Shown here: piece after piece, positions 35,446 to 47,913 of the stretch
Layout: every line of letters starts with the position of its first letter
How positions within the stretch are numbered: position 1 is the stretch's first letter
Assembly: GCA_000934665.2 (NCBI GenBank)
Contig: JYFJ02002951.1
Location: forward strand, 1-48,542
Length of the DNA stretch: 48,542 nucleotides
Source: Catajapyx aquilonaris
Taxonomy: Eukaryota
Direction: 5' to 3'
Notes under the pieces: model-generated
The model's input: only the letters and a program-made list of their open reading frames with translations
Databases searched by the model: none
What the model was told of the DNA's origin: nothing
Position numbers and translations under genes: made by a program

Positions 35446-36936
35446 TTAGATCATTCTTGTGTCTCCCTTCATGTAGATGCGGTTTGCCTCAGCAGTGCTT
35501 ATGTTCTCATCAAGTTCATCGTTGTCAGTGCTCAGCCACTCATGAGACATAACCTGATCTATGGGTATCCGCTCTGTAATATCTGGCTCAAGCAATCCCC
35601 TCAGCAGGCATTTGAGGTTGTAAGAGACTGTGGCCTCTATCTTGCTCCGGAAGCACCAGTTCCGGTTCATCTGATCCTTGAGAAGACGCTTCATATTGGA
35701 GTCGTCAAAGGGCATTGTGGCATTGATCATGATGAAGAGGACGATACCAAGAGACCACAGGTCGGTCAACTTGGGGTTATACGGGATGCCGTTAACCACT
35801 TCTGGAGCAGCGTATGCTGCGGATCCGCAATAGGTTTGGCTAAGGATTCGCCGACCATTGTTGTCCAAACAGCTCCTAAAGGACCAGAATGGGCATGTTA
35901 CATATCTAGCTGATAAATATGTTGCCAAAGACAAAAGTCCAACCTAGCAAACCCAAAATCGGCGAGCTTTACATTCCAATGCCTGGATAACAGGATGTTC
36001 TCGCACTTGAGGTCTCGATGGGCGATATTTTCCGAGTGCAGGTAGATCACGGCCAACGCAAGCTGACGGAACCAAATCTTGGCTTGCTTCTCCCCAATCA
36101 TCCCATGTGTCTTGATGTACTCCAGCAGGTCCCCATTCTCGGCGTATCTCATGAATATGAAGACCCTTGGACCCCGCTGCAGGATGCTGTGGATCTGAAC
36201 AATGCGTGTCTCATTCTTGAGTCATAACTTAAACATCTGGAGGGTTGTTTACCTGGACGACATATGGGTTCTCAATCTTGGTCAGGATGTCTAGCTCTCT
36301 GGGAAAGAACTTTTCCAGGAAGTCCTTGGGTGCCTTCAGTTTGTCGAAGATCTTGCAGGCCAACTTGACAAAGACTTGACCCTCTTGGTAGTCAGCCTGA
36401 TGGACAGTGGCGTATGAGCCCTGTCCAATTTTCTTACCAATTGAGTAGCCCTTCTTATGCAAGGCCCACAACTCTGAAGTTTTGTTGATGACCGGAGTAG
36501 GAGCCATCAGAGGTCTCGATGGAGGAGGGAGATAGTAAGACCCACGAGGCATCCGGAAAAATTTTTGGGCCGAAAAATACCGAACTGGCGAATTACTAGG
36601 CGCCCATGTTAGGCGACCGGGGTGTAAGGCAGAGCTGGGCCTGCCCGGGTCGCAAGTTGGTGGTGATGGACGCCTCACTCTTATGGAATTTACAGAGACA
36701 TTGAGCGTTGCTACGCAAACTTGCTATTCATTGAGCAACAATCCATGCAAACATTACAAGCTTGCCAATGGCGCAAAGCACTTGTTGTTGTTGAGGAGTA
36801 GTGCAGGGCGTGCAGGGGTCACTGAATCACAGAGTGGTTTGTATTTTAGAAAGTCGAGGAATTGTTGCGCCTGAATTTGAACAGATAGGGCAAAACGCCT
36901 GCTGTGCAGGTTTCCTGTTGAACAGGAGGGGCTCAT
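35446..36936 (-). CDS. Testis-specific serine/threonine kinase (TSSK family); exons 36758-36936 (tentative), 36253-36679, 35944-36194, 35446-35875
   Basis: [89 protein letters not shown] are TSSK-type signatures. The start may instead be the Met at ~36553. Confidence 0.88.
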
Positions 36937-38182
36937 TGGTTACATAACTGTAAGGATGAGTTTCGGGCGTGGTTTCAAGGTTGTGGAGTCACCAAACTTG
37001 AATGAGGAGCATGTCAGATGTTGCTATGAAGAATGAAGCATAAAAAAGAAGGACAAGAAAGCTACTGAGCTTGGCAGGAAACTGGGATAATGCCAGCTGT
37101 GGCTGCATCAGTATACTTGACTCAAATGTTATTGCCATCTTGCATATCAGTCATGATCGTCCTGATGTTACAACATCCCATGATCACAGAAATGCTCTTA
37201 CCATACTTTCCCAAGATGATGATTCTTTTGGTATGGGTAGAAGGCACTGGGCACATAATATAAACACAACCGATCAAGCCCATGAGCTGCAGGGGGAACC
37301 AGACAGGCTGATGTATTTCACCGTTACAATGTGAAATGTGTCCTGGATTTTTAAAAGTCCCAGTATCCCAAAATACTTGCCACAAATCATTAGCCAAATT
37401 GGCATACACTAATTCCTTATCCTAATACCGTCAGTACTAATCAGTACAGTGAAGGTGAACTCATACATGTGTTGATAGTACATTTGCAGGTCAGACTGAA
37501 GATTAAGCATCCAGAAGGTCATGAAACCTATGCAGATATGGTCCTTCACCTTTGGGCTAAGAAGAAAAATGCTTTAGTTCTTCACTAAAGGCAGCTCCAC
37601 TTCATGCGCACACACGCAATCCAACTTTTGTCCTGTCTTCATCACTGACTACCCATTCATGGGAAATGTTGGGTTGTAATTAATTAATTAATTAAGCAAA
37701 ATAAGTATGCACATTCTGATCAATTTTTTACCTGTCCTTTGCAGGTGACAAGGCATGTTCAGGTGCCGTAGAGGTAACAGTGAAGATTGAGCCAGAAGAA
37801 CCTTAATGAAGCTGTGAAGATAGATTAAGGTGTTGACTATGCAAGTTCACGACTCTCTCCAGCAATAAGCAAGTTCTCTGCCATAGGAGCATCAAATAAT
37901 AAAGTGAAGGTATTCTTACAGCAAAGCCATTGAGGCAATTTTAGAGGAGTGATAATGTAATGTTCCAAGGCCACAGTCAGTTTAGTTGGATGTGCTAATA
38001 CAGTACAAAGAAAAATTAATTTATTATGGATACAAGTTACAGGCAGCAAAAGAGGAACTTGCACCAAAGATGTTAGTTCTGAAGACATAGCTGAACTATT
38101 ATAACATATCAGCAAAATCATGAACAAGTTTAATTTTCTGCAGTAGCAAGTGTCTGTTTGGGAACAATAGGTCTTTCTACCG

Positions 38183-38480
38183 AAGCAGTAGTGGTGTAGT
38201 GGTATGGTGTCCGACTGCTAATCGGGAGGTCCTGGGTTCGAATCCCGGAGGCCGGCGACTCTGACCATGGTTTTCTGTGGTTTCCCATGGTCCTTGCAGG
38301 ATAATTCCAGGGTCGTTACCGTAATATAGGCCACAGCCGCCTCCTTCCTTCCCTTTCCCTGCTTCATTCCGGAGATGAGAAAAATAGTAAAAATGGAAGA
38401 GTTCCAGACAAAAAATTGGGAGAAATCCCCCCCTAGGAAAGCCCGTAGGCTGATAATGGGGTATCAAATTATTATTATTA
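38183..38480 (+). mobile_element. tRNA-derived SINE, family C
   Basis: AGTGGTGTAGTGGT (A box), GGGTTCGAATCCC (B box), then the insect-SINE-like body GGTTTTCTGTGGTTTCCC...GGCCACAGCCGCCTCCTTCC and an (ATT)n tail. Confidence 0.75.
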
Positions 38481-38984
38481 TTAATAGGTCTTTCTAGAGT
38501 TTATTATGAATGTGCATACAGGTTTGGTACATACTGACTTGAGACAAGAAAATGTTAAAATAATGAACACTTCCCATTTTATGTCAATTATACACTGTTG
38601 TGATGAAATAAAATGCTATAAAACAGTCTTGAAAGAGCTCATACAATAGATATTGTTCACTATATTCTGGTGTTTTGGGACAATTTCCGAGACACTGTTC
38701 AGAACTGATCACAAAATAGGTCAGGGAACTAGCCATAATCAGACAAATTAGCTCATAATATTGCTCTTCATGCAGGGTGTCATTAAAATATGATGCGATT
38801 GTGACATTGTAGGTAATAAAAAACATCCTAATCAAAATGTTTATCCAATTATGACAGAGAATGTCTCTATATTACCATGTAGAAACCAGAATGAGTCAGC
38901 AACTATTTCTCAAGTTCAATAATTCATTAGTGTAAATTACCAGGAGATAAGATCACTACAGTACAATAAATAGCACTATTTGAA

Positions 38985-39150
38985 GGGTGGCAAAGGGGTT
39001 GAAGTGGTTGGCACCAAGACCTCTGAGGTCCAGCATTCGATACCTGGATCAGACAGAGAAATTCCTCATGTGGAAAGCATTTCAGTGGGTTCTCCCTGGT
39101 GGGTTTTCTTGGGGTTCTCCCTCCTGTTTCCGCTAACAATCCAAATCTGT
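38985..39150 (+). mobile_element. tRNA-derived SINE, family B (degenerate second copy)
   Basis: Shares CCTCTGAGGTC...TTCGAT.CC.GG.TCAGACAGAG...ATGTGGA...GTGGGTTTTCTTGGGGTTCT with the copy at 34538. Confidence 0.7.
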
Positions 39151-39457
39151 CACAGCAGTGTCAACGAATCAAGTAACAGGACATTCACATTTTTCTTCTT
39201 GGTACTACGAGGGCATGGAGACTTACAACTGTGTGACACACTGGACCAGTGATGCATTTCTCAGTCCTTGCTTGACATTGGGCTTGGACAAATCACAGCT
39301 TCGGAAAATTGCTATTAGGAACTGCGTGCCCAACCTTTACAGAACTGTAGCATCTCATGTGTAGTTTTGTGACAAATCCCAGAGCACTCTTTCATTCAGA
39401 ATAATGTCCTCTACCATGGCATCACACTCGTTTTACATTATCATTATATCCCACCTC

Positions 39458-40581
39458 TCAATGTACACTGCCTGGACCAGAAGTAGGCAGAGAAGCTGGG
39501 TCCATAAACACAACGGCTTCCGGAAAAGAATCTCGGACTAAAATGCCTTTTGCCTTTTTATCATCTGTCAATGTATCCATACACCCATACCAGTAGATGA
39601 CCAGACCAGGCCCAAACCGATTCCAATAACTCCAAAGTTGCTCCTGGAGGTAGGTCTTGTGGGTATCCTCATCCCCAAAGAGTGCCTTGCTCTCCACCCA
39701 ATTGACTACACGTCCATTTACACCTATGGGGACATCCAGCTTAAAGTCAGGAGTTTTATCATATCCACTTGACCTCAGTTGGAGTTCACTTATAAAGGTC
39801 AGCCCCAGAGAGTGAAGGTGATCTGCCAGCTGATGCTCACTTTCTGTGCCAACTGAATGTTTGACACACTCTGCCCAAGGGCCATATTGGTCATCACTTA
39901 TTAAAGCCTGCAAGAGTAAGAAACATAAGAATGACATGGATACAATCATGACTTCAGCTCGAGTCAACTTACAAGATGCAGCTCAGTTGCTAGACGTCTG
40001 TCAGGAATTTGAGTAGTATCCCTCAACAGACCTGTGAGCTGCGCCTTGGGTACAGAAGATCCCTCTTGTTCTGGGTCTTTCTGCTGTCCCTGCAGGTATT
40101 GCTGCAGTATGGCTCTAGCCAACAGTGCTGGAGGCAATCCCCGGGCGTCAGCCATGCGGAGAAGAAACCCAGTCGGCTCTCCATTGCAGATACTGTCATT
40201 GTATCTGCAGGTAAATTCATGTTAGCAATCCCAGATGTTTCCTGAACTCTGATAAAAACTACCTTTCCCAATACTCCTGCACTGCTTCCTCAGAGAAGAG
40301 GTGAGGGTTCTTCTTCATCCGTCGTTGCAGCTCTTGTGCATAGATGCTTCCCAAGGTGCGGGAGGCCACACTGGAACAATACCATAAATGATTGCAAATC
40401 TGACTTGTAATAATATCCATCACAGATGTCATTTAGAAGTTACATTCACAACATGCGGTACCGGTACTTGTAAAACTGACTGTGGGAACTTCTCCGTGAG
40501 TTGCTCTACCACTGCGCTTGCCCTGGTGTTCCAGTTGGCCCGCACAATTCTTATGATTGCTTCATACTCCTCAGGCTTCAT
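39458..40581 (-). CDS. CDIN1: CDAN1-interacting nuclease 1 (C15orf41 homolog, PD-(D/E)XK fold), 296 aa; exons 40481-40581, 40263-40370, 39973-40204, 39458-39907
   Basis: PALLARAIL, DDQYGP, GYDKTPDFKLDVPIGVNGRVVNWVESKALFGD, QLWSYWNRFGPGLVIYWYG; the exon lengths sum to 891 nt in frame. Confidence 0.93.
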
Positions 40582-40816
40582 CTTGGAGGGCTGGCTGGAG
40601 GGCAGGAGACACTGGTGGTGACACCACAGGGAGACCCTCTTGGCAATGGCACGCGCTACTTTTGTTCCTAAGTTTTGTTCCTAGTCCAATTCCGCTCCGT
40701 TCCTACGTCATTCACTGGCAATATGGCGGCGCCTATGGCCCGTGAAATAATGGCGACCGAGTAGTTGAGTTTTTGGGAGGCGAAGGGGGCCAGAGAGAGC
40801 CGTGTCGAACAGGGGG

Positions 40817-41803
40817 ATGGCGCACGCGGCCTTCCCGGCGGCCAAGCTGGGGGCCCTGCTCCTCAAGCAGATCAGCAAGCCCATAGCCAACATAGTCAAG
40901 TCCAGGGCCAAGAACAGTTACTTCTTTCGGACCTACATATGCATGCCCCCAGCTCAGTGTGAGTAAGGTTATTTTATGACTTATCAGTCAACATCTGCAT
41001 ATTTTGCGTCGTGTTGACAAGTAAACTGGGGCACTCGCAATTGGCACTAACCAGTACCCAGAGAGGTATTCTTGACTTGCATAATGCTTGGACTCAATTC
41101 AAGGTCACTGCTGATTGTGAGTTGAGGTAGTGCTCTTACAAGTACTGGTTGGCATTATGAATTCAGTTATCTTAATACCTGCACACTCTCGCTGAAGTGG
41201 GCCGTTGTTCTAAATAAAAAGCCAGGTAGCAAGGCATCAATGCAGCTTTTGAACTTAAAATTTGGTCCTGGCATAACATTGCAAAATGAGCCTTTAGACT
41301 ACAAAAAAAAAACCCATTCATTATTTCTAGTTTATCACTGGTGGGAAGTGAAGCTGAAAATGTGGGTGATGAACTTGGGTCGGCCTATCAACATCCCCCC
41401 ACTGAATGAAGCAATGGCTATTGAGCTTGGTGCCAGCCTACTGGGGGAAGGGATCATGTTTCTCGTGGCGGCAGGAGTAATATCTAATGAATATGCCCGA
41501 AGCGCACGAAAAGAGGCTGCGAAGGAGGCCGCCAGAGTATCTGAGCAGCAATTTCATGATCAGCGGGTGCGCCAACTTCACTTTGAGACCGAGAAGCAGC
41601 GAGCCCAAATCGAGGAACTTTCGAGGCTTGTGTATCATCTACAGTCACATGTTGTCCACACTGAGGCTTGTGTGGAGGCTCTCCAAGAAGAGGGGAAAAC
41701 AGGAGAAGATGGCAGCAGTAGGTCCAATACAGCCAGGCACATACATGTTCATGGGTTACTCCCACGAGCTCTTGCCTCTCTTGGACTCATTCGTAGTGTA
41801 TGA
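40817..41803 (+). CDS. OPA3: Optic atrophy 3 protein homolog; exons 40817-40958, 41331-41803
   Basis: [64 protein letters not shown]...[22 protein letters not shown] followed by a coiled coil. Confidence 0.95.
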
Positions 41804-42193
41804 TTGTGTATATACCGTTTTTAATGCGAAAATGAGCCAATTAATTGTATTGTTGGATTATAACACACTCTTTTGTTGTCACTGTCACATCTTGTTATTT
41901 GAAATCCAAGCCTCCCTGGAGCATTTTCTGAAGCTTGCGGACACACTCTTCAGCTTGCAGGAAGTCTGTCATTGACATACCTGCAATGGGAAAGTTACTG
42001 GAGTTGCAGGGGCAGTATTTATGTATGTATTTATGATATGATATGAATTCCGCAGACAATAATGATAGTATCGGAATTATATATTACATTTGATTAATGG
42101 TAATAATTAATAAATATTGTGACAGATTTTTCCATGTCAATAAGTCTCAGTTGAAACCATGTCACAACCTTGCACCTCTACATTGCAGCCTCA

Positions 42194-42362
42194 AGGCCCA
42201 TTCACACAGGCCGTCGACGGTTTTGGTTTTTGGTCTCGTCGACGCCGCGGACCAATCAGAACGGGCCCTCACGTAAACAACGCGTCATGGTTACCGTGAG
42301 GGCCCACTCTGATTGGTCCAAAACCAAAACCAAAACCGTCGATGGCCTGTGTGAATGGGCCT
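42194..42362. mobile_element. PIF/Harbinger-like palindromic MITE
   Basis: TIRs AGGCCCATTCACACAGGCC / GGCCTGTGTGAATGGGCCT, a nearly fully self-complementary interior and 3-bp TCA/TTA flanks. Confidence 0.8.
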
Positions 42363-43589
42363 TTAGAGTAGTTTCACAACATGGAATTTCCAGTTATTGG
42401 GCCTATTATTCTGATGTCCTTATATTCACTTGAATTCAAATCTTAAAACGTTACATTTCGATTTTTTCATATTACATCACTGACATCCAAAAGGCAACTC
42501 TGTTATTTTGACTGAGTTATAATCTTGTGAGATACATTGTTGTGGGGAAAAAGTTATGCACAGCAACCTATCCAGTTTTGATTCCAGGCATCAAATTGAA
42601 AGTGGATCATTGCCATGCGTAATTTCTCTCCCACCATTGTTTCCTCTAGAAGTCTAGATCATACCTCAGGCCACAAGGAATGCTTGTACAGTAATTATCT
42701 TGTGGTAAATGAAAAAAGATATGGCATCCAATTCTATAAGAAAAATTGTAAGGATGAGGAGACAGGCACTTTTCAAAAATGAAAAGGATCAGCTACAGAT
42801 GCGCCATGCCACATGATCATTTTTAGTTGCCATTGTTCCTAATAGTGATAGATGAAAGCTCAGTTTGTCATTTAGAAAGTTGCAACTTTGTACGATTTTT
42901 CAAATTTCATGTGGCATACGAGGCATTTGGAACCTCCAAAAGGTTTTTGTTTGAATTGGTCTGGATTGATTGATGAAACTCAATTTTTAAAGTTGTAGAT
43001 TGGTGCCTCATACTTCGAAATTAATTTGTTCCAGGAGGCCATTCGAACTCTGTATTGTTCGAAGTTCTAAACAATTTTCCTTATTAAAAATTATGGAAAG
43101 TTAATTAATCTGTTCCCAGACTGTAAACAATCCTCGTTTCGATAAACTTAGACTGAAAATACACATCATTTAAGGTGAAAATAACACAATTAAATGCCCC
43201 AAATAATAAATTAAAACATGAAAACAACAAATAAAATACATAAATACTGCATAATAAAATGAAAATAGAATTTGCTGTACCTTTGTGAGGAGTGGTGAAG
43301 TCCCGTGTAGCTGGTGGACAGGAAGGTGGAGAAGAAGAGAAAGGTTACTATTTGGAAACTGTAAGAGTCGCTTTCCATTAAGTTATGTATACAGGGTGAC
43401 TGGGAACAACACCCACAAACTTCGTGGAGTGACAGAGGGTACCCGGCTTGGCAATTTTTTACAATAAACCGGTGGTTGGAAATGCCTCCCGTCGATACTG
43501 TTATGGAATGTAAATGTGCCATATTAACTCCTGCTGATAGGCAACCCAGGGCACACATGCCAGCGTAGGGTTGGCAGTTCTGTAGGTAT

Positions 43590-43851
43590 TTGCAAATGTG
43601 TGCTGCAAACTCGACCCATTTATTGTGCCTGGTAAAGGACAGGTAAGTGGTAAGGATCAGTAGCAGTTCTGCGACTTCGTAATTTTCGTTGAAATTAAAT
43701 TAGCTGGGTTTGCTTTTTGTTGCCAGTAAGAATGTAGTACACTCCCATTATTTAGTTTTGAATTAAAATAATGCAGAACTGCTACTGATCTGTACCAGTT
43801 ACCTGTCACTTGCCAGGCACAATAAATGAATCAAGATTGCAGCATGCATTC
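43590..43851. mobile_element. Foldback/MITE with ~80-bp imperfect inverted arms
   Basis: CATTTATTGTGCCTGG...GATCAGTAGCAGTTCTGC (43617-43672) is mirrored by GCAGAACTGCTACTGATC...CCAGGCACAATAAATG (43773-43828). Confidence 0.65.
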
Positions 43852-44014
43852 GCCGAGTATGCATGTACAGGCAGGCCTTGTTTTATGACTTTTCATTTTG
43901 TAGCCCAGTTTTATTGGAACCTTATCCTATCATAAAACGGGGCTTACCTGTAGAGCCTTGATTATCTGAATATTTACAATCTTTTTATTATTTAAATACT
44001 GTATATATTTTTAC

Positions 44015-45619
44015 CTCTATGAGACTGGCTGTGACTCCTCTCACTGTTCAATTCCATACTCCCTGTGATGCTTTGGCTGCTCCTCCTCATAGGTGACAGA
44101 GGAATACTGCTCTTCTGCATATGTGTCTTGCAATGTGACCTTTTTTCTGATTTGGACGATGTGGGCGTAATATCCTCTAAGCGAGCCCTCAGCTTTGCTT
44201 GCACTGCCTCCAACTGAGCCACCTGCTGGGAAAGGTGCACATTTTTTTCCCGTAGCTTGCTATTTTCCTGCTGTTGCGCTCTTAGGACTTCCTTGAGTTG
44301 TGCATTCTCATCCTGCCATTCCACACCAAGTGGATATGCTCCAGACAAGACCTTTTGCATGGCATCTACTTCACCTTCCAGTTTGACTACCTTAGCCTGG
44401 AGAACTTTTGCATCTGGTAGCCCTGCATATTTCAAGAGGAGCGGATAGTAGACTCGATCAAACTCTGCTCTGTAGGTGAGAATGAGGTAACGCCTGTCTG
44501 GGTCATCCAATGGATGGGGTTCCCTATTAATCTGTGGAGATGGTTGCAGGTATGCTGAGCGGTGAGCCATGCGCTTGTTGTGCAGGTCCTGAAGCTCTGC
44601 ATAGGTGAAGAGATCCAGGCCCAGGCTACGTGTGTTCTGAAATGTGGTGTGGATAGTAATATTGGTGTTCTAGTTATGTCAAAGTAGGTTTTGTAATCTT
44701 GCCAGAAATGGTGGTTGCAGGTGAATTCTGGTTGCAAAATAAGCTAATCCCCATCTTGTTTTTTAAAAGGCATTAATTGTGATTTTTAGCATGGCAAGAG
44801 CACATGGTGAGAGTTCAGAGAATGTGATTATTTCATAATTTAAATTAGTTTTTAAACACCAGTTCTCATGAAGTTGCCAACCCCAGGTTTTGGTTGTCAT
44901 ACATAATGAAGAGATATTGCTAACCTTTTTAAAATGTAGGGAGGGAAATATAACTTGCTATTTTCACGTCACAACAATTAAACATCACAAAGTGCACCTG
45001 CTATTATTGATGAATCATGTCATCTTGTAATATGTGGCATGGTGGTAAAAATAGAGTTGGCCAGTACACAACAGGGTTTTGTCTATATTTTATCAGCAAA
45101 AAGCTACAGCAAAACTATCATTGAAGTCCCTATACCAGTAAGAAATATTTGCTTGAAAACCTTTTGCTCTAACACGTTCATAGCAGTTACACTCCATGTG
45201 GTATTACAGTGAAAGGTTTCCAGGCCTGGAGGGATTGATACTGTACAGTACCATGATGTCATTATGGATGATGGGACAATTATTAAACACTAACCTTGAG
45301 CAAGGCAGCTTGAAGCATGGTAACAAACACATGGAATTCCTTGCTACTGCCAGTATGTGCAGCCATTTGTTCAATTCCTGAAATTTTAACAGTTAGAACC
45401 ATCGCATAGTCAAAAACATTCCAAATGCCAAGAGTAGGTGAAGCCGTTTCATGTCCTTTTACCTGCTTCGCTATATTCACCACGCCATTCTTCGGCTGTA
45501 ATTTTGTCCACAAGGCATAGATGGAACATATTGCTGTCTGACACCACCTCCATATTAATGACATACTCCTTTCCACAAAAGGTCCATGCTGTCACCAACT
45601 TGCCTGTGTCACGCTCCAT
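44015..45619 (-). CDS. CCDC61: Coiled-coil domain-containing protein 61 (SAS6-like head, centriolar; VFL3); exons 45463-45619 (or from 45709), 45295-45377, 44015-44636; 3' exons unresolved
   Basis: DKITAEEWRGEY, IEQMAAHTGSSKEFHVFVTMLQAAL, LGLDLFTYAELQDL, RRYLILTYRAEFDRVYYPLLL, then heptad coiled coil. The donor at 44014 implies more exons toward ~42500-43350. Confidence 0.88.
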
Positions 45620-46132
45620 ATTTGTGTTATTTGAAACTAGACCTGTTTCATTTTTCTTTTTTTTTTTCCTATTGCTTTGTTCCAAGAGTTCCAAGACTTG
45701 TTGACTCATGTGGTTGTCTAGGATACGAGGTCACAGTGGGTAAGTACAGCAGAGAAGTTCTGTTACTGAAATGAGATTTTATAATTACAAGAATAATTAT
45801 TGTTTTTGTCCACTGGCAAGTAGGAGAGTTTGAATAGCCTCCAGAGAAGTGACTCTCCTCTGGAGAGAGACTAGATGTCTCCCAATGGGTTGCTGCAATG
45901 CTGCCAGATGCCGATCAACAATGGGGTTGAATTTTTCCCACCTTGTTGAGCTCGTCCACCGAACAACGTGGTCTGAGCTGGAGTGATCATTGAGAACTTT
46001 CTGTAGGTGACTTGTGAATCCATATGCTTACCTCACTATCATCACTATCACCCTCTTTGCTTCTTGGGTTGGGGCAAAATGGGGGTATGTAGGGAGAAAG
46101 AACTGCTCATTCTTTCACAGCTGAAATTTTCA

Positions 46133-46319
46133 AGCGGCGTTTACATGCGAGCAATTTGACAAGCAAAGCGGAGCGAAGTGATTGCCGAGTGACGTAACCA
46201 ATATTGTTTGAGGTGAAAGTAACAATCGAATTTCGCCTCAAACAATACCGGTTACTCAGAGTTGTTATCACCGGTGATGACATTGCGCTATCAAATCGCT
46301 CACATGTAAACGCATTTTA
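46133..46319. mobile_element. PIF/Harbinger-like MITE
   Basis: GCGGCGTTTACATGCGAGCAATTTGA ... TCAAATCGCTCACATGTAAACGC inverted ends, with inner hairpin TATTGTTTGAGG...CCTCAAACAATA. Confidence 0.65.
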
Positions 46320-47319
46320 TAGCATACAGGAAGAACTCTGTGTTATGCATATTAAGGGTTTTATTCATTTATTTTGCATTTTGGCATGCCCAGCACAGAC
46401 AATTACGTGTAATATAATTACGCTAGAACACTCTAGACCTGGACTGATCAATTCAGCATTTTCTGCCATTTTTCATCGTAACCTTATTTAGAATGGTACC
46501 AGAAGTATTCCAAAAATTTTCACAATATCAAAATTATGGAAATCTACCTTGGTTATTGTGGCATGCTGGTTGACCTCGTTTTATACCACATGCTGCTTTA
46601 AGTAAGGTAGTATGGTAGAATGTTTAGGGAATAATGACAAGAAGAAAAGTTTGTGCATGTTCAGTACAGATGCAACCATTAGGCCTAACTCCGTCACACA
46701 GAGCAGCACCAATGTAACATTATCATTCTGTCACCACTTAAGATTTCATTCCTTTAATGACCTGAAAGAGAAACATACAAGTAAAACATACCATGTTTAA
46801 AATACATTTACATACTGTAGAATTCAAATTAAAGTTTCGCTTTTCAGAACGTTCTGGATTTTCCTCCCCAAATATTTTCGATCTGCAGTTGGTTGGTTGA
46901 ATTCACAGATGTGGAGTCGGGGAATGCAGAGGGCTGACTGTACTTGTTTTTTTCAATTTTGAACATTTTTGTGATTTTTACTGCATTTTAAATTTAAAAT
47001 TGATTACTTTTTTGTAAATATAAGGTGTTTTATGTTTCATATTTGAATTCTACATGAAGCATATTTTTTGTGTTCTGGATTTTTGCCTTGTGGGGAGTTT
47101 GTAGAATTATCCGTGGAGTCGAGTATTTTGTAAACAGTATGTATTGGAATTGTATTTAATAATTTAGTCACTGTCAGTAATATAACTTATAATTATACGA
47201 GTTAAATATTTCTTTCCAGGATGTTAGAAACTCACCTGACCTTACATCTTCATGAAATAACTGGACCTTAAAGGGAGAAAAGATTAAATTGTACTTGAGT
47301 ATATGGTCCCAATACTGTC

Positions 47320-47913
47320 ATGAGCAAAGAACGCAAGTACGTTGATCCACGAGCCCGGGATGTGGTCACTGTGAACCGCTTTTCCTGGTGGGAGGTGTTG
47401 ATATCCATTGTAACACTCGTTACTTATGGACTATGGTGGTATGAGGCTGCCTTTGTGGTACCCACTGAATTCAGATTGTTGACACTCAACTATGCCTGTG
47501 ATGTGATATTTATAATTGACGTGATGCTAGACGTCTTTAATTGTGGGGTTGTTCCAAGGGTTTGGATTCACATTTTAGCTGATGGTATTTCTATCATACC
47601 TGGGGAATTTTTGTACTACAATGAAGTCGGGAAGTATCATATGGGTGAAACTGAATTATTTGTGATGACCCTGCTTCGTGCCAACAGACTGATCAGGATC
47701 TACAGAGTGTTTGTTTTACTGAGTTAGTACATATTACTTGCTCGCTGGAGTTATGCATATTACTGAAAAGCAAATAATGGTTTATTTTTACTAGGAAAAA
47801 TGAGTCACAACATGCATATTGAACCACTGCACCTGTTCTTCTTGAATTACTTCGTGAGGAGTGTAATTGTTGTCCACACTGTGACAAGCTTGTGGAAATT
47901 TGTTGGATGCCCA
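47320..47913 (+). CDS. 5' part of a cyclic-nucleotide-gated/HCN/KCNH-like ion channel (S1-S5); exons 47320-47722, 47795-47913; remainder not resolved in this window
   Basis: S1 WEVLISIVTLV..., S2 NYACDVIFIIDV, S3 ILADGISIIP, S4 LLRANRLIRIYRV, S5 SVIVVHTVTSLWKFVGC; the phase-1 intron joins correctly. Confidence 0.72.

Noticed and set aside
38183..38255. tRNA gene
   Set aside because: A and B boxes are present but there is no paired acceptor stem, and the sequence runs straight into a SINE body and tail. It is a tRNA-derived SINE head, as are those at 18808, 27660, 32270 and 34538.
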